Position numbers and translations under genes: made by a program. The notes under the pieces were generated by a model. The model did not search any database. It was not told where the DNA came from and saw only the letters and a list, made by a program, of their open reading frames with translations. A DNA stretch of 24,570 nt, taken from IMG/VR virus record IMGVR_UViG_3300032155_000029, positions 1 through 24,570 of that record; one strand, given 5' to 3'. The first letter of the stretch is position 1; every line of letters starts with the position of its first letter. This document shows positions 22,909 to 24,570 of the stretch, piece by piece. This DNA is from a virus. Taxonomy: Duplodnaviria; Caudoviricetes.

Positions 22909-24570
22909 TCAGCCAAAGAGGCTCCTCCTCTTGGCGTCCTTCTGGGTACCCTGGTTGCCCTTTTGGTTGCCCGTTTCGACGTCTTGCTCATATTCTTCAA
23001 CCACTTCCGGCTGCATGGAGATGCCAAGGTAGTGGTTGCCGCTGGACTTGATCTTTTCGAACCCCTTCTTGACCAGGATCTGGCCAAGCCGTTTAGGGCT
23101 GTAGCTGTAGGTGGCGTCCACGTTCTTGTGCAACCACCAGTTGAAGTAATCCAACAGGTTGGCTGCTGAAATCCGGTTGTGCGGCTTTTCCCCGACGGGG
23201 GAATCCTCGATGATGCAGCACTCGGTGAGGAACCTGCCCACGTCGTCGAACTCGTTCCGCCGGTCGCGGGTGCAGGCAAGGATTTCCTCCGGCGGGTTCA
23301 GCCCCTGCCGCTGGTATTCAAGGCAGCCTCGCACCAACCAAGCCAGGATGCCGGGCAGCTCACGCATGAGCTTGCCTTCCATCTTGGGGTCGCGCGGTCG
23401 TTCGTCGGGTGTGACGGGGTTGTCCACGAAGCGGAGTTTGAAAGGCACGGCGATGGTCCGCGACCAGAAGGCGTCGTCGTCGGCCTTCGCGCGCGGGATT
23501 TCGTTGGTGAGCAGGAAGAGCAGGTGCGTCTGCATCCAGGAGGAGTACAGCTTGTCTTGCAGGCCGCGCGCGGTCAGCTCACTGCCGCCGGTCAGCCACT
23601 TGATCTTGGCCATCGCGAACTTTTGGCCGTCTTCGGCCTCGGTTGCGAAGGCCATGCGCTTGCCGCGCAGGGCCAACAGGTCGGGCTGTGGCCCGCCGCT
23701 GTTGCGCGGCAGGTTGGTGGCCAGCAGCATTGCCGTTTCGATGGTGTTGGCCAGGTCCTTGCCGAGGATGGCCGTCAGGACCTTGAGCAGGGTGTCTTTG
23801 CCGTTCCGCCCCCGCGCCCCGTAGAAGACAAACCAGACGTGATCCTCCCGCGCTCCCATGATGCCGTAGCCCAGGGCGCGCTGCAGGAAGTCCACCACGG
23901 CCTGGTTCTCGTGGCACGAATACATGAACTTTTCGAATTCCGGGCACTTGGCGTCTATGCCCTGCCAGTCTATCGGGCAGGCATTCATCACGTAGTCTTC
24001 CGGGCGCCCGTCGCGGTGCTCCCCGGTGCGGAGGTCGATCACGCAGTTGCGGCAGGCCAGCAGGTACGGCTGCTGGTCCAGCTCGTCGCCCGTGATGGCC
24101 AGCGGATCCGCGATGGTGTGGGTGCACCGCAGTACCTGTTCCCGCCCGTTCGGGGCGCGGAGCTGACTGACGCGCTTTAGCAGTTCCTCGCGCTGGCGCT
24201 CCAACCCCGCCTTGTCGTCTCCCACCAGCTGCTCCGCATCCTTGCCGAGCTTGGCAGCCTGCTTCAGGTAGACCTCGCACACGGCCTCGATGGAGGCCGT
24301 GGCCGTCTCCATGATGTCCTCTTCCCAATGGTGCCCGGCCCAGCGGAGGAAGCGCCCCCACCGCTTGACGTAGACGTACTTGCCCCGGTGCAGCGCGTTG
24401 AAGATCATCGCGTCGCCTACCCGGTTCGCCCGCAGGCACTTCATCACATATTCGGGCGACAGCTTGGGCGGGCCCGCCGGTTTGCCCTGGGCGTCGTCGG
24501 GCATGGCCGCCCGCTCCTCCTCCACGCGGTCGGCCACCTGGGCGCGGATGTCGTCCAGCTCGCTACCCAT
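22909..24570 (-). CDS. P4-family / D5-like SF3 helicase (primase-associated ATPase)
   Basis: 553 aa; D5_N-like LDQQPYLLACRNCVIDLRTG, Walker A GARGRNGKDT, LRGKRMAFATE, IKWLTGG..LTARGL, LLTNEIP, DDAFWSR; ATG is at the last window base. Confidence 0.93.
   Translation of the reverse strand: MGSELDDIRAQVADRVEEERAAMPDDAQGKPAGPPKLSPEYVMKCLRANRVGDAMIFNALHRGKYVYVKRWGRFLRWAGHHWEEDIMETATASIEAVCEVYLKQAAKLGKDAEQLVGDDKAGLERQREELLKRVSQLRAPNGREQVLRCTHTIADPLAITGDELDQQPYLLACRNCVIDLRTGEHRDGRPEDYVMNACPIDWQGIDAKCPEFEKFMYSCHENQAVVDFLQRALGYGIMGAREDHVWFVFYGARGRNGKDTLLKVLTAILGKDLANTIETAMLLATNLPRNSGGPQPDLLALRGKRMAFATEAEDGQKFAMAKIKWLTGGSELTARGLQDKLYSSWMQTHLLFLLTNEIPRAKADDDAFWSRTIAVPFKLRFVDNPVTPDERPRDPKMEGKLMRELPGILAWLVRGCLEYQRQGLNPPEEILACTRDRRNEFDDVGRFLTECCIIEDSPVGEKPHNRISAANLLDYFNWWLHKNVDATYSYSPKRLGQILVKKGFEKIKSSGNHYLGISMQPEVVEEYEQDVETGNQKGNQGTQKDAKRRSLFG

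Larger units (their letters stand above)
1..24570 (-). mobile_element. Prophage segment (myovirus: lambda-like packaging/head, Mu-like contractile tail, P4/D5-like replication); extends beyond both window edges
   Basis: About 33 contiguous, co-oriented, often overlapping phage genes; no host genes, integrase or att site in the window. Confidence 0.96.

Noticed and set aside
22680-23279. 199-aa minus-strand ORF crossing the origin-like gap
   Set aside because: Off-frame overlap with the helicase 3' end, no clear RBS, low-complexity Ser/Thr/Arg composition

Overview
The whole 24.6-kb window is one GC-rich prophage segment, with all real genes on the minus strand. In transcription order (right to left): P4/D5-type helicase, a non-coding origin-like gap with repeats, Zn-ribbon/TOPRIM primase, a small 3-TM protein, lambda-like terminase small and large subunits, an excisionase-like HTH gene, a frameshift-split hypothetical gene, a structured intergenic element (4x9-bp direct repeats plus a 13-bp hairpin over the next start codon), a lambda-like head module (gpW-like, portal, S49 protease with nested scaffold, gpD-like, gpE-like capsid), a lysis cassette placed between head and neck genes, neck genes, and a complete Mu-like contractile tail (sheath, tube, chaperone with -1 frameshift, tape measure, gpN/gp44-gp48-like) ending in the truncated N-terminus of a tail fibre. 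Gene content, high GC and frequent TAG stops suggest a Desulfovibrio-type host, but that is only an impression. The best leads are (1) a candidate late-gene switch at 17613-17683 paired with the Xis-like protein, (2) a holin-like domain fused to an internal lipoprotein signal and lipoprotein, (3) an iteron-bearing origin whose repeat doubles as the primase ribosome-binding site, and (4) a half-PnuC-like membrane protein coupled between primase and terminase. All product calls come from motif recognition and gene order, not database searches.
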